Assembly: GCA_963843845.1 (NCBI GenBank)
Contig: CAWJMB010000006.1
Span: 1-64,000 of the forward strand
From: an uncultured Gemmatimonadaceae bacterium
GTDB taxonomy: Bacteria; Gemmatimonadota; Gemmatimonadetes; Gemmatimonadales; Gemmatimonadaceae
Reading direction: 5' to 3'
Length of the DNA stretch: 64,000 nucleotides
A program made the translations under genes and the position numbers. Under the pieces are notes generated by a model. It worked only from the letters and a program-made list of their open reading frames with translations. It was not told where the DNA came from and did no database searches. Below are positions 53,611 to 63,781 of this stretch, one piece after another (the stretch's first letter is position 1; each line of letters opens with the position of its first letter).

Positions 53611-55672
53611 TCATGCGTCTCGCACGAGCCCCTGCGCCGCCTCGACGAGCTTGTCGACCGTGAGGCCGAGCTCCGTGTAGAGCCGCTGGTACGGCGCCGA
53701 CGCGCCGAACCGCGTCGAGGCCCAGCACGACGCCGTCGGCGCCGATCCAGCGATACCAGGGCATCGGGTGCGCCGCCTCGATCGCGACGCGCGGCACGCC
53801 GACCGGCAGCACCGAGTCGACGGTACGCCGCGTCCTGCCGCGCGAACAGCTCGAGCGACGGGGCGCTCACGACGCGCGCGCGCACGCCGGCCGCGGCGAG
53901 CTGCTCGCGCGCGTCGAGGACGAGCGCGACCTCGGAGCCGCTCGCCATGAGCACGACCTGCGGCGCGCCGCCCTCGGCGTCGCCCAGCACGTACGCGCCG
54001 CGTGCGACCCCCGCCGCGTCCGCGTACTTCGTGCGGTCGATGAAGCCGAGCTTCTGGCGCGTGAGGACGAGGGCGACCGGGCCGGTCGTGTGCGTCAGCG
54101 CGACGCGCCACGCCTCGGCCGTCTCGGTCGCGTCGGCGGGGCGCACGACCGTCATGTTCGGGATCGAGCGCAGCGACGTGAGCTGCTCGATCGGCTGGTG
54201 CGTCGGGCCGTCCTCGCCGAGGCCGATCGAGTCGTGCGTGAAGACGTAGATGACGTGGCGGTGCATGAACGCCGCGAGGCGGATCGCCGGCCGCATGTAG
54301 TCGGAGAAGATCAGGAACGTGCCGCCGTACGGAATGATCCCGCCGTGCAGCGCCATGCCGTTCATGATCGCGCCCATGCCGTGCTCGCGGATGCCGAAGT
54401 GGAAGTTGCGGCCGGCGTGGTCGTCCGGCCCGAACGTCCCCGGCCCCTTGAGCATCGTGTTGTTCGACGGCGCGAGGTCGGCGCTGCCGCCGATCAGCTC
54501 GGGCACCTTCGCGGCGATCGCGTTGAGCGTCGTCCCCGACGCGGCGCGGCTCGCGACCGCGCCGTTCTCCGCCGTGAACGTCGGGATCGCCGAGTCCCAG
54601 CCGACCGGCAGCTCGCCCCGCCAGCGGCGCGCGAACTCCGCCGCGAGGTCGGGGTGCGCCGCGGCGTAGGCGTCGCGCCGCGCGTCCCACGCGCGCTGCT
54701 GTTCGGCGCCGCGATCCATCGACGTGCGCCACTCGGCCAGCGCCTCCTCCGGCACGAAGAACGGCTCGGTCGACGGCCAGCCGAACGCCTGCTTCGTCGC
54801 GACGATCTCCTCGGCGCCCAGCGCCTCGCCGTGCGCCTTCGCGGTGTCCGGCGCGGTTCGGGGAGCCGTAGCCGATGACGGTCTTGCAGACGATCATCGA
54901 CGGCCGCTCGGTCTCCGCCTTCGCCGCGGCGATCGCCGCGTCGACCGCATCGAGGTCGTTCACGTCGCTCGACGTGCAGCACGTGCCAGCCGTACGCCTC
55001 GAAGCGCGTGCCGGCGTCGTCGGTGTACGTGAGCGCCGGTCGTGCCGTCGATCGTGATGCGGTTGTCGTCGTAGAAGCCGATGAGCTTGCCGAGCTTGTT
55101 GTGCCCGGCGAACGAGCGGCCTCGTGCGAGATGCCCTCCATGAGGTCGCCGTCGCTGCAGATGAAGTACGTGTGGTGATCGACGAGACGCGGCGCGCCCT
55201 CCCGGTTGAACGTCGCCGCCAGATGCGCCTCGGCGACCGCGAAGCCGACGGCGTTCGCGACGCCCTGGCCGAGCGGGCCGGTCGTCGTCTCGACGCCCGG
55301 CGTGTAGCCGTACTCGGGGTGGCCGGGCGTGCGGCTCTCCCACTGCCGGAACTGCTTCAGATCGTCGAGCGACAGGTCGTAGCCGCTCAGGTAGAGCAGC
55401 GAGTAGAGCAGCATCGACGCGTGGCCGCACGACAGCACGAAGCGGTCGCGGTCTGGCCAGCCGGGGTCGCTCGGGTCGTGGCGCAGGTGGCGCGTCCACA
55501 GCACGTAGGCGAGCGGCGCGAGCGCCATCGGCGTGCCGGGGTGTCCCGACTCGGCCTTCTGCACGCCGTCCATCGACAGCGTGCGGACGGTGTTGATGCA
55601 GAGCTGATCGAGCGCGGAGCCCTGCGGCGACGCGGCGTTCGCGGCGGTCGAGGGCGAGGCGGCGGTGGTCAC
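53611..55672 (-). CDS. tkt: Transketolase (frameshifted in assembly)
   Basis: [62 protein letters not shown]. Confidence 0.93.
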
Positions 55673-55767
55673 GATGCGGTGCGGTGCGAGAGTCGGAGGT
55701 CGAGCACGCGCGAAAGCTAGCTAGATTGGTCGCACCCTCACCTCGTCCCTCGCCGTCCGATGCTGCG

Positions 55768-57071
55768 ATGACCGTCGTCGACCACCGCCCCGACCGTTCC
55801 ACGACCGCCGCGCCCCGTCTCTCGCAGATGGCCGAGCGCCTCTACGGCTCCGCGATCCTCGGCATCGCGGCCGAGGTGCGCGCGATGGTCGCGCGCGGGA
55901 CGCCAGGTGTGCAACCTCACGGTCGGCGACTTCGCGCCGAGCGAGTTCCGCATTCCCGTGGGGCTCGAGCGGCGCATCGGGGAGGCGCTGGCGAACGGCG
56001 AGACGAACTACCCTCCATCGAACGGGCTGCCGCAGCTGCGCGACGCGGTCGCCGCGCTCTACCGCGAGCGACTCGGCCTCGCGGTGGACCCGCTGCAGGT
56101 CATCGTGTGCGGCGGCTCGCGGCCGGCGATCTACGCGACGTATGCCTGCCTCGTCGATCCCGGCGACCGCGTCGTGTATCCGGCGCCGTCGTGGAACAAC
56201 GACTCGTACGTCGTGATGTCCGACGCCGAGGGCGTCGTGATCGGGTGCGACGCGTCGACGCGCTTCCTGCCGACGGCCGACACGCTGCGCGACGCGGTGC
56301 GCGGCGCGCGGCTGCTCGCGCTCAACTCGCCGCTGAACCCCGCGGGCACGGCGTTCGACGCCGAATCGTTAGGCGCGATCTGCGACCTCGTGCTCGAGGA
56401 GAATGCGCGGCGCGGCTCCGGCGAGCGGCCGCTCTACGTGATGTACGATCAGGTCTACTGGATGCTGCGCTTCGGCGGCGTCTCGCACGTCGACCCCGTG
56501 GGGCTGCGCCCGGCGATGGCGCCGTACACGATCTACGTCGACGGCATCTCGAAGGCGCTCGCGTCGACCGGCGTGCGCGTCGGTTGGGTGGTGCCGCCGA
56601 GCGACCTGGCGCCGAAGTTCTCCGACTTCCTCGGCCACGTCGGCGCGTGGGCGCCGCGCGCCGAGCAGGCGGCGACGGCCGAATTCCTCTCGGCGCGCGA
56701 CGAGCTCGACGCGTACGTCGACGAGATCAACGCCGGCGTCGAGCGGCGGCTCGACGCGCTGTACACGGGGCTCACCGCGATGCGCGACCGCGGGCTCCCG
56801 GTCGACGTGTTCCGCCCGATGGGGGCGATCTACCTGAGCGTGCGCTTCGCGCTGAACGGGCGACGCGGGCCGAACGGCGAGTCGCTCGCGACGAACGAAG
56901 CGGTGCGCCGCTACCTCCTGCAGAGCCGCAGGGTGTGCGGTCGTGCCGTTCCAGGCGTTCGGCGTGCACGGGGACGACGGATGGTTCCGCATGTCGGTCG
57001 GCGCCGTGTCGATGGCGGCGATCGACGCGGTGCTGCCGCGGATCGAGAGCGCGTTGGGCGCGGTCGGCTGA
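55768..57071 (+). CDS. Class I/II PLP-dependent aminotransferase (frameshifted)
   Basis: NLTVGDF, YPPSNG, NSPLNPAG, YDQVY, DGISKALASTGVRVGW. Confidence 0.88.
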
Positions 57072-57116
57072 CCGGCCCCGCGGCGACGCGCGGCGGTCGC
57101 GCGCGGAGGCGTGGAG

Positions 57117-57190
57117 TACGCCCGGCTGGAATCGAACCAGCGACCTCCGGCTTATAAGGCCGGCGCTCTCACCGACTGAGCTACGGGCGC
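57117..57190 (-). tRNA. tRNA-Ile (anticodon TAT/UAU)
   Basis: GCGCCCG-TA-GCTC-AGTCGGTGA-GAGC-G-CCGGC-CTTATAA-GCCGG-AGGTC-GCTGG-TTCGATT-CCAGC-CGGGCGT-A cloverleaf; A73. Confidence 0.92.
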
Positions 57191-57382
57191 AGACGTAGGA
57201 CGACGGCCGGCGGAAGGCCGGCGCCGCGGTATTCGTCTGCGCATCGGTCGGAGCATGCCCGCAATCTACCGTGATGCGTGCCGGCGGCGAGCCGGCGGTC
57301 GCACGCACGACGGCGCCGACGTGGCCGCGCCGCAGCGACTCTCACCGGGGCGAGACCGGCGCGAGGCAGCTGCCAAGTGGCG

Positions 57383-57793
57383 TCAGACCGAGCCGGGCGG
57401 CGCCGGTGCGGGGTCAGATCCGCGCGGCTCCCGGTGCTGCCACGGCCAGCGGCCGCTGATCTCGAGCTCGAGCGAGAAGCTCAGGAAGGTCCGGATCGAC
57501 ACGATGAGCGCGAGCACCCCCAGGCTCCCGAACGTCGGCTCGACCGCGACCGTCCCGATGATGTCGGCGGCGACCAGGAACTCGAGCCCGAGGAGGATCG
57601 CCCGGCCGAGGTCCGCGCGGAGGTCGCGATACGTTCGCTCGAAGCCACCGCCCGGCCGCGTCCGCCGCCGGGCGAGCCGACCGAGGAAGGCGACGAAGGC
57701 GGCGAGCCCGCCGCAGAGCATCACGCCCATTCCCGCGAGTTCGATTCCACGCGCGAGCGCCTCGGCGAGCGCGACGGAGGTTGCTCGGTCCAT
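57383..57793 (-). CDS. DUF1622 membrane protein
   Basis: LGRAILLGLEFLVAADII.TV..PT..LALIVSIRTFLSFSLELEI.GRWPW. Confidence 0.88.
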   Translation of the reverse strand: MDRATSVALAEALARGIELAGMGVMLCGGLAAFVAFLGRLARRRTRPGGGFERTYRDLRADLGRAILLGLEFLVAADIIGTVAVEPTFGSLGVLALIVSIRTFLSFSLELEISGRWPWQHREPRGSDPAPAPPGSV

Positions 57794-58069
57794 GCCCCGA
57801 ACGGTGCGCGCCTGGCGCGCTCCGCGCCAGTCTACTCCTGTTCCGCCGGAACGAGATCGGGTTCCTGGCCGACGACGAGGCGTTCCGGGTGGTGACGCCG
57901 GCGTCGCTCCCGGTCTCACGCGCCGTTGGCGATCGCGCGCCTTCCGCGCACCCTCGGTGGGCGGGCGCGGAACGATCCTCGCCTCTTCGCCACACGCGGG
58001 CCGCGCCGCGGGCAGCGTGGGCGCGTCCGCCGGGTGCATGGGGTCGCGCCCGCCCTGGACGAGGCGGCG

Positions 58070-59155
58070 ATGGAGAACGAGACGAGCATGGGACGACGGC
58101 ACCCCGCCAGCCGTGGGCGGGTGCGACACGTCGTGGCCGTCGCGGCAGTGGCGACCGCGTTCGGCGCGTCGTGCGTGCGCACGCGCACGGAGATCGTTCA
58201 GTCGCTCGCCCCGCCGGCCCGGGGCGCGTCGGGGATCGCCGAGCCGCCGCCGGCGCGGCGAGCGGATACCGGATCGACGGCCGTGGCCATGCAGGGCGTC
58301 GACTTCCACGTCGCGCCCGCCGTCGTGCTCCACGTACGCGCTCTGCGCGGCGAGCTCTCGAGCGTGCGGCCCGGCGCGCCGGTGGACTTCGACGATCTGC
58401 CCTCACTCGTGCTGGAGGTCGCCACGGCCGACGCCGGGATCACCACCGCCGATCTCGGCCGCCTGCTGAACCAGTACGTCTTCGCGTACCCCGACGCGCC
58501 GCTCATCGACCTGCGGGTGAGCGCCGCGGGCTCGGCGCTGCGCCTCCGCGGCCGGCTGCGCAAGGGCGGCGACATCCCGTTCGAGATCCTCGCCGCGATC
58601 TCTGCGACGCCGGCCGGGGAGATCCTCGTACACCCGACCGCCATCCGCGTCGCGCAGGTGCCGGCGGGTCCGTTGCTCGGTCTCACCGGGCTGACGCTCG
58701 AGCGCCTGATCGACCTTCGCGGCGCGCGTGGGGCGCGGGCCCACGGCAACGATCTCTACCTGGATCCCGAGCGTCTCACGCCACCACCGCAGCTGCGCGG
58801 TCACCTGAGCGCGGCGCGGGTGGACGGCGACGAGGTGCGCCTCGCCTTCACCGACCGCGGGCGTGCGGCGCCGCCGACGCTGTATCCGCCCGAGCCGACC
58901 GGGAACTGGGTCTACCTGCGGCACGGCACCGTGCAGATCGGGCGGCTGCTCATGGCCGACGCCGACCTGGAGATCGCCGACGCGCGCGCGAGCGATCCAT
59001 TCGACTTCAGCCTCGCCGACTACTGGCGACAGCTCGTGGCCAGCTCCGTCCGCGTCACGCCGTCGGGCGGCCTCGTGGTGCACGCGCCAGACCTGGGGTC
59101 GCTCGACCGGGTCGGCGACGCGCGGGTCGTGACCCCGGTCCGCACGCCGCGGTAG
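58070..59155 (+). CDS. Hypothetical lipoprotein (beta-rich)
   Basis: Signal peptide with GASC lipobox; coding-like composition. Confidence 0.65.
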   Translation: MENETSMGRRHPASRGRVRHVVAVAAVATAFGASCVRTRTEIVQSLAPPARGASGIAEPPPARRADTGSTAVAMQGVDFHVAPAVVLHVRALRGELSSVRPGAPVDFDDLPSLVLEVATADAGITTADLGRLLNQYVFAYPDAPLIDLRVSAAGSALRLRGRLRKGGDIPFEILAAISATPAGEILVHPTAIRVAQVPAGPLLGLTGLTLERLIDLRGARGARAHGNDLYLDPERLTPPPQLRGHLSAARVDGDEVRLAFTDRGRAAPPTLYPPEPTGNWVYLRHGTVQIGRLLMADADLEIADARASDPFDFSLADYWRQLVASSVRVTPSGGLVVHAPDLGSLDRVGDARVVTPVRTPR

Positions 59156-59425
59156 GCGGCGCACCGTGCGCGTCGACTCGCCGCGCGGGTCGCCGGACGT
59201 CCTCCCGGCGGACGGCTGACGCAGCGGCCTGCATCGGTCGGTTCGTGTGGGGGAGCGTTCGCGCGTGGACGCGGCACGCGCTGCGCGCGCACCCCCGGAT
59301 CCTCGCGCGTCGCTCGGACGGTGTCGCGGAGCACGCGCGAGGCTCCGGCGTCCCTCGTGGAGCAGCGAGCGGGCGTCCGGATCGTCCCGTCCACGCCTTG
59401 CCGACCGCGCACGCCTGCGCTAGAT

Positions 59426-59445
59426 ACTGAACCATATGGTTCAGT
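59426..59445. promoter_or_regulatory. ArsR autoregulatory operator palindrome
   Basis: Perfect 20-bp ACTGAACCAT-ATGGTTCAGT overlapping the ATG. Confidence 0.8.
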
Positions 59446-59801
59446 GTGTGACGGCTCGACTCGATGCATCGTTCGCCGCGCTCTCCGACGCCACTCGGCG
59501 CGGCGTACTGGAGCAGCTCGGACGCGCCGACGCCTCGATCACGGATCTCGCCACGCGGTTCCATCTGACGCTCACGGGGATGAGGAAGCACGTGAGCGTG
59601 CTGGAGCGGGCGGGGCTCGTCACCACGACGAAGATCGGGCGCGTGCGGACGTGCCGGCTGGGTCCGCGCCGGTTGGCGGACGAGACGGCGTGGCTCGAGC
59701 GGTACCGCCAGCGCTGGGACGCACGCCTCGACGCGCTGGACAGGGTGGTCGAGGAACTGACACGAGAGGAGACGCGCGATGAACGCACGAACCGGCAGTG
59801 A
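59436..59801 (+). CDS. ArsR/SmtB family regulator
   Basis: FAALSDATRRGVL..KHVSVLERAGLV...GRVR. Confidence 0.9.
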   Translation: MVQCVTARLDASFAALSDATRRGVLEQLGRADASITDLATRFHLTLTGMRKHVSVLERAGLVTTTKIGRVRTCRLGPRRLADETAWLERYRQRWDARLDALDRVVEELTREETRDERTNRQ

Positions 59802-60294
59802 GTCTGGCCCCGGGAAGCACCGCACCACCGTGGAACGCACGTCGGACCGCGACGTGGTCGTCACGCGGACCGTCGACGGCCCGGCGCGCCTCGTGTTCGA
59901 GGCATTCACCAGGGCCGAGCTGTTCCAGCGTTGGTGGGTGCCCAGGTCGATGGGCATGTCCCTGCTGTCGTGCGAGCTGGATGCGCGTGTCGGCGGCAGG
60001 TACCGACTGGTGTTCGCCCACGACCCGGAGCCCGTCGCGTTCTTCGGCACGTATGTCGACGTGACGCCGCATTCGCGACTCGCGTGGACGAACGAGGAAG
60101 GCGGCGAGGGCGGACCGGTCACCACGGTGACCTTCGAGGAACAGGGCGGCACGACGCTCGTGGTCCTGCACGAGCGCTATCCGTCGAAGGACGCGCTCGA
60201 CGCTGCCGGCACCGGAGCCGCCGAGGCGACGTCCGAGACGTTCGATCAGCTGGACGAGCTGCTCGTCGCTCTGGGTGAGCGCTCGGAGCCGTAG
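59779..60294 (+). CDS. SRPBCC/AHA1 domain protein
   Basis: VTRTVDGPARLVFEAFT..RWW..DARVGGRYR..TVTFEEQGGTT. Confidence 0.9.
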   Translation: MNARTGSESGPGKHRTTVERTSDRDVVVTRTVDGPARLVFEAFTRAELFQRWWVPRSMGMSLLSCELDARVGGRYRLVFAHDPEPVAFFGTYVDVTPHSRLAWTNEEGGEGGPVTTVTFEEQGGTTLVVLHERYPSKDALDAAGTGAAEATSETFDQLDELLVALGERSEP

Positions 60295-60355
60295 CGGTGG
60301 CAGCGTTCCGCGCCGGTCGCGTGCTGAGGTGCGCCCGGGCCCAGCCGAGCACGAT

Positions 60356-60435
60356 GAACCGCGCCGGGTTCGGAGGAGGCTCGGCGAGTCGAACGGCGTC
60401 AGCGCGGCTTCGTCAGGTGCAACGCTTCGTCGGGC
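60356..60435 (-). other. Degenerate attC site (one end lost)
   Basis: GCGGCTTCGTCAGGTGCAACGCTTCGTCGGGC matches the right half of the other attC copies. Confidence 0.55.
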
Positions 60436-60985
60436 GCCATCAGCGTGGCGCGTCGCGAGGTCGAGCGCCGTCCGTCCCTGCGGCGCCGACGCCAGCAGTG
60501 CCGTGCTGGCCGCCTCGTCGCGGCCGACCGCGAGCCGGCGCGCCTGAGCGCGCGCAGCCGATTCCGCAACCGTGTCGGGCGGTGTCTGTTCGACCGGCGC
60601 GGTCGCCGTGGCCGCGAGACGAGCGGAATCCACCTCCGGCACGCCCGCCCCACCGAACGAGGCACTCAGCCACCGCTCGGGATGACGCGCGACCAACTCG
60701 CGCACGAGGGTGCCGCCGAGCGAGTACTCATGCTCGTGCGCGCGCCGCACGCCGAGCGTGTCCATGAGCTCGAGCACGTCGCGCCACAAGCGGTCCCCGT
60801 AACGGGCCGGGTCGTGCGGCTGATCGCTCGCTCCATGTCCACGCAGGTCGACGGCCACGTAGTGCAGCCGGGTACCGTCGGAGGCGGAACCGGTGGTCCT
60901 CCCCGGGCAGCCGATCTGTCGGCGCGGCGACGCGCGTCGGTGCAGGCGTCGCGCAGGCGCCTGCGACCGGCAGCGACAGCAGCAA
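60436..60985 (-). pseudogene. Alpha/beta hydrolase remnant (cassette)
   Basis: DGTRLHY, VDLRGHGASD, EYSLGG (degenerate GxSxG); internal deletion and frameshift. Confidence 0.6.
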
Positions 60986-60996
60986 TCGACCGGCGA

Positions 60997-61076
60997 CTGC
61001 GGGGAGGGAGCCGCGATGAGCTCGGACGTCCGCGGAGAGTCGGCCGGCTCCGTCAGCTGCAGCGACACGTCATGGC
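60997..61076 (-). other. Degenerate attC site
   Basis: CTCCGTCAGCTGCAGCGACACGTCATGGC matches attC right half; overlaps the stop of the 61070-61345 ORF. Confidence 0.55.
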
Positions 61077-61345
61077 GCAGCGCGAGTCGCACGCCGGCCG
61101 AAGAAGGTGTACGCACGCCACAGGAAGACAAGAGCGAGCAGCCCGGCTACCCCACCGGCGACGTAGGCACGTCCGGGACCCGGCAGCGGCCGGGCCGCCG
61201 CGTCACAGCGTCGTGACGCGAGCCAGCGGCCACCGGCCTCCAGGCACGCATCCGCCTGGATGGACGACGCGACGAGTAAGGCGACCACGGCGGCCGCGAC
61301 CCCCGCGAGCAGGATGAGCAGTCGCTGTCGGTTCGATGCGTGCAT
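61070..61345 (-). CDS. Small two-TM cassette protein
   Basis: Two hydrophobic helices flanking C..AGG.W...C; bounded by attC sites. Confidence 0.6.
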   Translation of the reverse strand: MHASNRQRLLILLAGVAAAVVALLVASSIQADACLEAGGRWLASRRCDAAARPLPGPGRAYVAGGVAGLLALVFLWRAYTFFGRRATRAAP

Positions 61346-61359
61346 CAACGTGGATGTCG

Positions 61360-61456
61360 GCCGAGCGCCCGAGCTCACCTGCGAAGCCGCGGGGGTGAAG
61401 CCGTGGATAGGCGAGGGGCGATGCGCGGCTTCGTCAGCTGCAACGATTCGTCAGGC
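61360..61456 (-). other. attC site (core boxes mutated)
   Basis: GCCGAGC..CTGCGAAGCCGC...GCGGCTTCGTCAGCTGCAACG..GTCAGGC, 97 bp. Confidence 0.75.
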
Positions 61457-61504
61457 CGCAAGGCACGCGGACGGGGAGTTGACCGCGCGCCAGCCGCGGC
61501 TCGG

Positions 61505-62102
61505 CTACCGCCGCTCGACGAAGTAATAGTGGTTCTCGCCCTCGTCCTGCGCCTCGGCCACCCACGTCAGACCGGCATCGCGCAGCAATCGCTCATAGGT
61601 TGGCGCCCCGAGCGATCTGCGACGGACGGCCCGTCATGGTATCTAACCATGCGAGCGGCTCTTTCGGGGCGGTGAAGAGGAAACGCCCTCCCGGGTTGAG
61701 CGCGCCGGCGACCTTCTCGATCACGAGCGCTTGGGCGACTGGTTCGAGCAGGAACAGGAGCCCCCAGGCAAGCACCCCATCGAACGTCCGGTCGAAGAAC
61801 CCCGACGCTTCGACCGTGTTGTGCTCGATCGGTACGCCCGGGAAGCGCTCGCGGAATGCAGCGACCATGGCCGGTGCCGCATCGACGGCGTAGCTCACGA
61901 GGCCGGCCTCCTGCAGGATCCGCGTGCTCGGCTCACCGGGGCCGCAGCCAAGGTCGAGGACGGTCGCACCCGGAGGAAAGGCCCGTGCCCACGCCCGGAC
62001 GGTGGCGGCGCCGATCGCATCACCGACGAGGGGGCGGGCGCCACGTCCGGCGACGTAAATGCTAGCGATTCCCTCGTATCCATTGGAGCCATCCTCGCTC
62101 AT
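61505..62102 (-). CDS. Class I SAM-dependent methyltransferase cassette (frameshift near 3' end)
   Basis: VLDLGCGPG, AVDAA, FDGVLAWGLLF, LNPGGRFLFT; tail DEGENHYY in another frame. Confidence 0.82.
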
Positions 62103-62139
62103 TCGCACCAACCCAGAGATCGACGAGAGATTGGTTGCC

Positions 62140-62237
62140 GCCTAACGCCCCAGTTGAGCTGCGAAGCCGCAGGGCTGGAGCTATGCCGCCGGTGCGGAAC
62201 AGTGTGCGGCTTCGTCAGCTCCCACGCATCGTTAGAC
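62140..62237 (-). other. attC site
   Basis: GCCTAAC...GTTAGAC, 98-bp imperfect palindrome; GNAT stop TAA lies in the core box. Confidence 0.9.
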
Positions 62238-62759
62238 CGCAGGCGCGTCGCCCCCGCCCCGGACGGGTCGCTCCCAGCGCCAGACCGGCCCGTCCTCCGG
62301 ATCGACCACGTCGCCCGCGCGCTGGAACGCCACCTTCTCGAGCACGCGGCACGACCCATTGCGCTCCGGGAGCGTGTGCGCGCGCACGGTCGCCACTTCG
62401 GGCCACCCGGCGCTCGCCACCTGCACCAGGGCCGTCGCCATCGCGGTCGCGACGCCGCGCCCCTCCTCGCCCGGGAATGTGAAGTAGGCGATCTCCACCG
62501 CCCCGTCGGCGTCCGGTCCGCCCTTGAACCCGCACGTGCCCACCACGCGCCGTGTCGGACTTTCGAGCGCCAGGTAGCCGCCCCACGGCGCCGGCGCCCC
62601 GCCTGCCGCGAGGAACTGCGCCGTGGCAGCGGCGATGGCGACGGCGGTGGACTCGTGCGGGGCGAGCGCGATCCCGTGCCGCCCCGCGAACGCTGCCGGA
62701 TCGCTCCCGAGGCTTACTGCCGCGGCGTGGTCGAGGGCGAAGAGGGTGATCTCGGCCAT
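62232..62759 (-). CDS. GNAT N-acetyltransferase (RimJ/RimL-like) cassette
   Basis: VVGTCGFKGGP..VEIAY..GRGVAT..AHTLPERNGSCRVLEK. Confidence 0.88.
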   Translation of the reverse strand: MAEITLFALDHAAAVSLGSDPAAFAGRHGIALAPHESTAVAIAAATAQFLAAGGAPAPWGGYLALESPTRRVVGTCGFKGGPDADGAVEIAYFTFPGEEGRGVATAMATALVQVASAGWPEVATVRAHTLPERNGSCRVLEKVAFQRAGDVVDPEDGPVWRWERPVRGGGDAPAV

Positions 62760-62776
62760 GGATGAGTCTCGTTGCG

Positions 62777-62873
62777 GTCCAACGCCCGGCTTCAGCTGCG
62801 GAGGCGCGAGCGTGATCTTGGCCGCCGGTGCGGGACGCTGCGCGCCTCCGTCAGCTGCAAGCGATCGTTAGGC
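62777..62873 (-). other. attC site
   Basis: GTCCAAC...GTTAGGC, 97 bp; antitoxin stop TAA lies in the core box. Confidence 0.9.
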
Positions 62874-63152
62874 CGCAGCGTCGCTCGGCGGCTCCTCGGC
62901 CGGCGCCGCGCCGGCGTGGGCGCGGATGATGCCGGCCACCGCGCGCAGCACCGCGTTGACCTCGGCGGGATCGCGGAACGCCGCCGCCACGTCGGGGTCG
63001 AGCGGGACGAGGTTCGTGCCCCGCGCGTACCGCGCGGTGTACCGCCCGCGCTCGCCGCCGCGGATCAGCGCGGCGTCGTACTCCGGCAGCAGTTCGTCGG
63101 GGTCGCGGGCCGGGGTGGCCTCCCCGGTGGGATCAGAGGTCGCCGGATTCAT
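62868..63152 (-). CDS. BrnA-like antitoxin
   Basis: DELLPEYD..RGRY..YARGTNLVPLDPDVAAAF..VNAVLR; overlaps toxin 3' end. Confidence 0.75.
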   Translation of the reverse strand: MNPATSDPTGEATPARDPDELLPEYDAALIRGGERGRYTARYARGTNLVPLDPDVAAAFRDPAEVNAVLRAVAGIIRAHAGAAPAEEPPSDAAA

Positions 63153-63417
63153 AGGCCTCCCGCTCGGGGCGGGTCGCTGGACGGGCGCTGATGAGGCGGA
63201 CCCGCTCGGCCCGCTCCGTGAACATAACGACCAGGACTCGGTCCCGGTCCGACCGCCCGACGAGGACGAGGCGCTCCTCCGTTAGGGAGTGGTCCGGGTC
63301 GGGGAACGCGCTCGAGAGCGGGTCGCCGAACACGGTGCTCGCCTCGCCGAACGTCACCCCGTGCTTGCGCGCGTTCTCGGCGGCCTTGGGCGGGTCCCAC
63401 TCGAAGTCCACGTCCAT
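63133..63417 (-). CDS. brnT: BrnT family ribonuclease toxin
   Basis: FEWDPPKAAENARKHGVTFGEA..VF.DP..EERLVLVG..RLISARPAT..ER..YE. Confidence 0.9.
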   Translation of the reverse strand: MDVDFEWDPPKAAENARKHGVTFGEASTVFGDPLSSAFPDPDHSLTEERLVLVGRSDRDRVLVVMFTERAERVRLISARPATRPEREAYESGDL

Positions 63418-63451
63418 TCCCGAATGTAGGCGGGCGACGATCCGTGTTGCG

Positions 63452-63548
63452 GCCTAACGCCGGAGTTAACCTGCGAAGCGGGCCGCGCGGAGCCAGGCCG
63501 CCGGTGAGGGACGCCGGCCCGCTTCGTCAGGTTCAACGACTTGTATGC
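63452..63548 (-). other. attC site (right core box altered, abuts IS110)
   Basis: GCCTAAC..CTGCGAAGCGGGCC...GGCCCGCTTCGTCAGGTTCAACG..GTATGC. Confidence 0.85.
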
Positions 63549-63781
63549 TTCAGCCGAGTGAGAGTCGTCGAGTTATCGATCAGTGCACCGGGGCGGTAGG
63601 CCGTTAGCGACCAGGCCCGCGTCAGCGAGGCCGCTAACGCGTACCGAGGTCGCCGCCCCACCACGGTCCATCACCGCGCGCCAAGCTCGGACAGTCGCCA
63701 GGACCGCCCGTCGCACCGCTGACACTGCGGCGGCGAGTCCGCATCGGCAAGGGCGAGCGCCACCGCGCACCGGAGGGTCCC
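63549..63781 (+). ncRNA. IS110 left non-coding region, candidate bridge RNA
   Basis: ~230 nt upstream of the transposase with nested stems (GGGGCGG/CCGCCCC, CGTTAGCG/CGCTAACG; GGAC/GTCC, TCGCC/GGCGA). Confidence 0.45.

Noticed and set aside
53611..57071. tkt and aminotransferase as pseudogenes
   Set aside because: All catalytic motifs are intact; the indels are best explained as sequencing errors
60356..63548. CRISPR or simple terminator interpretation of the ~97-bp repeats
   Set aside because: Spacers are whole genes and the repeat ends match attC core boxes
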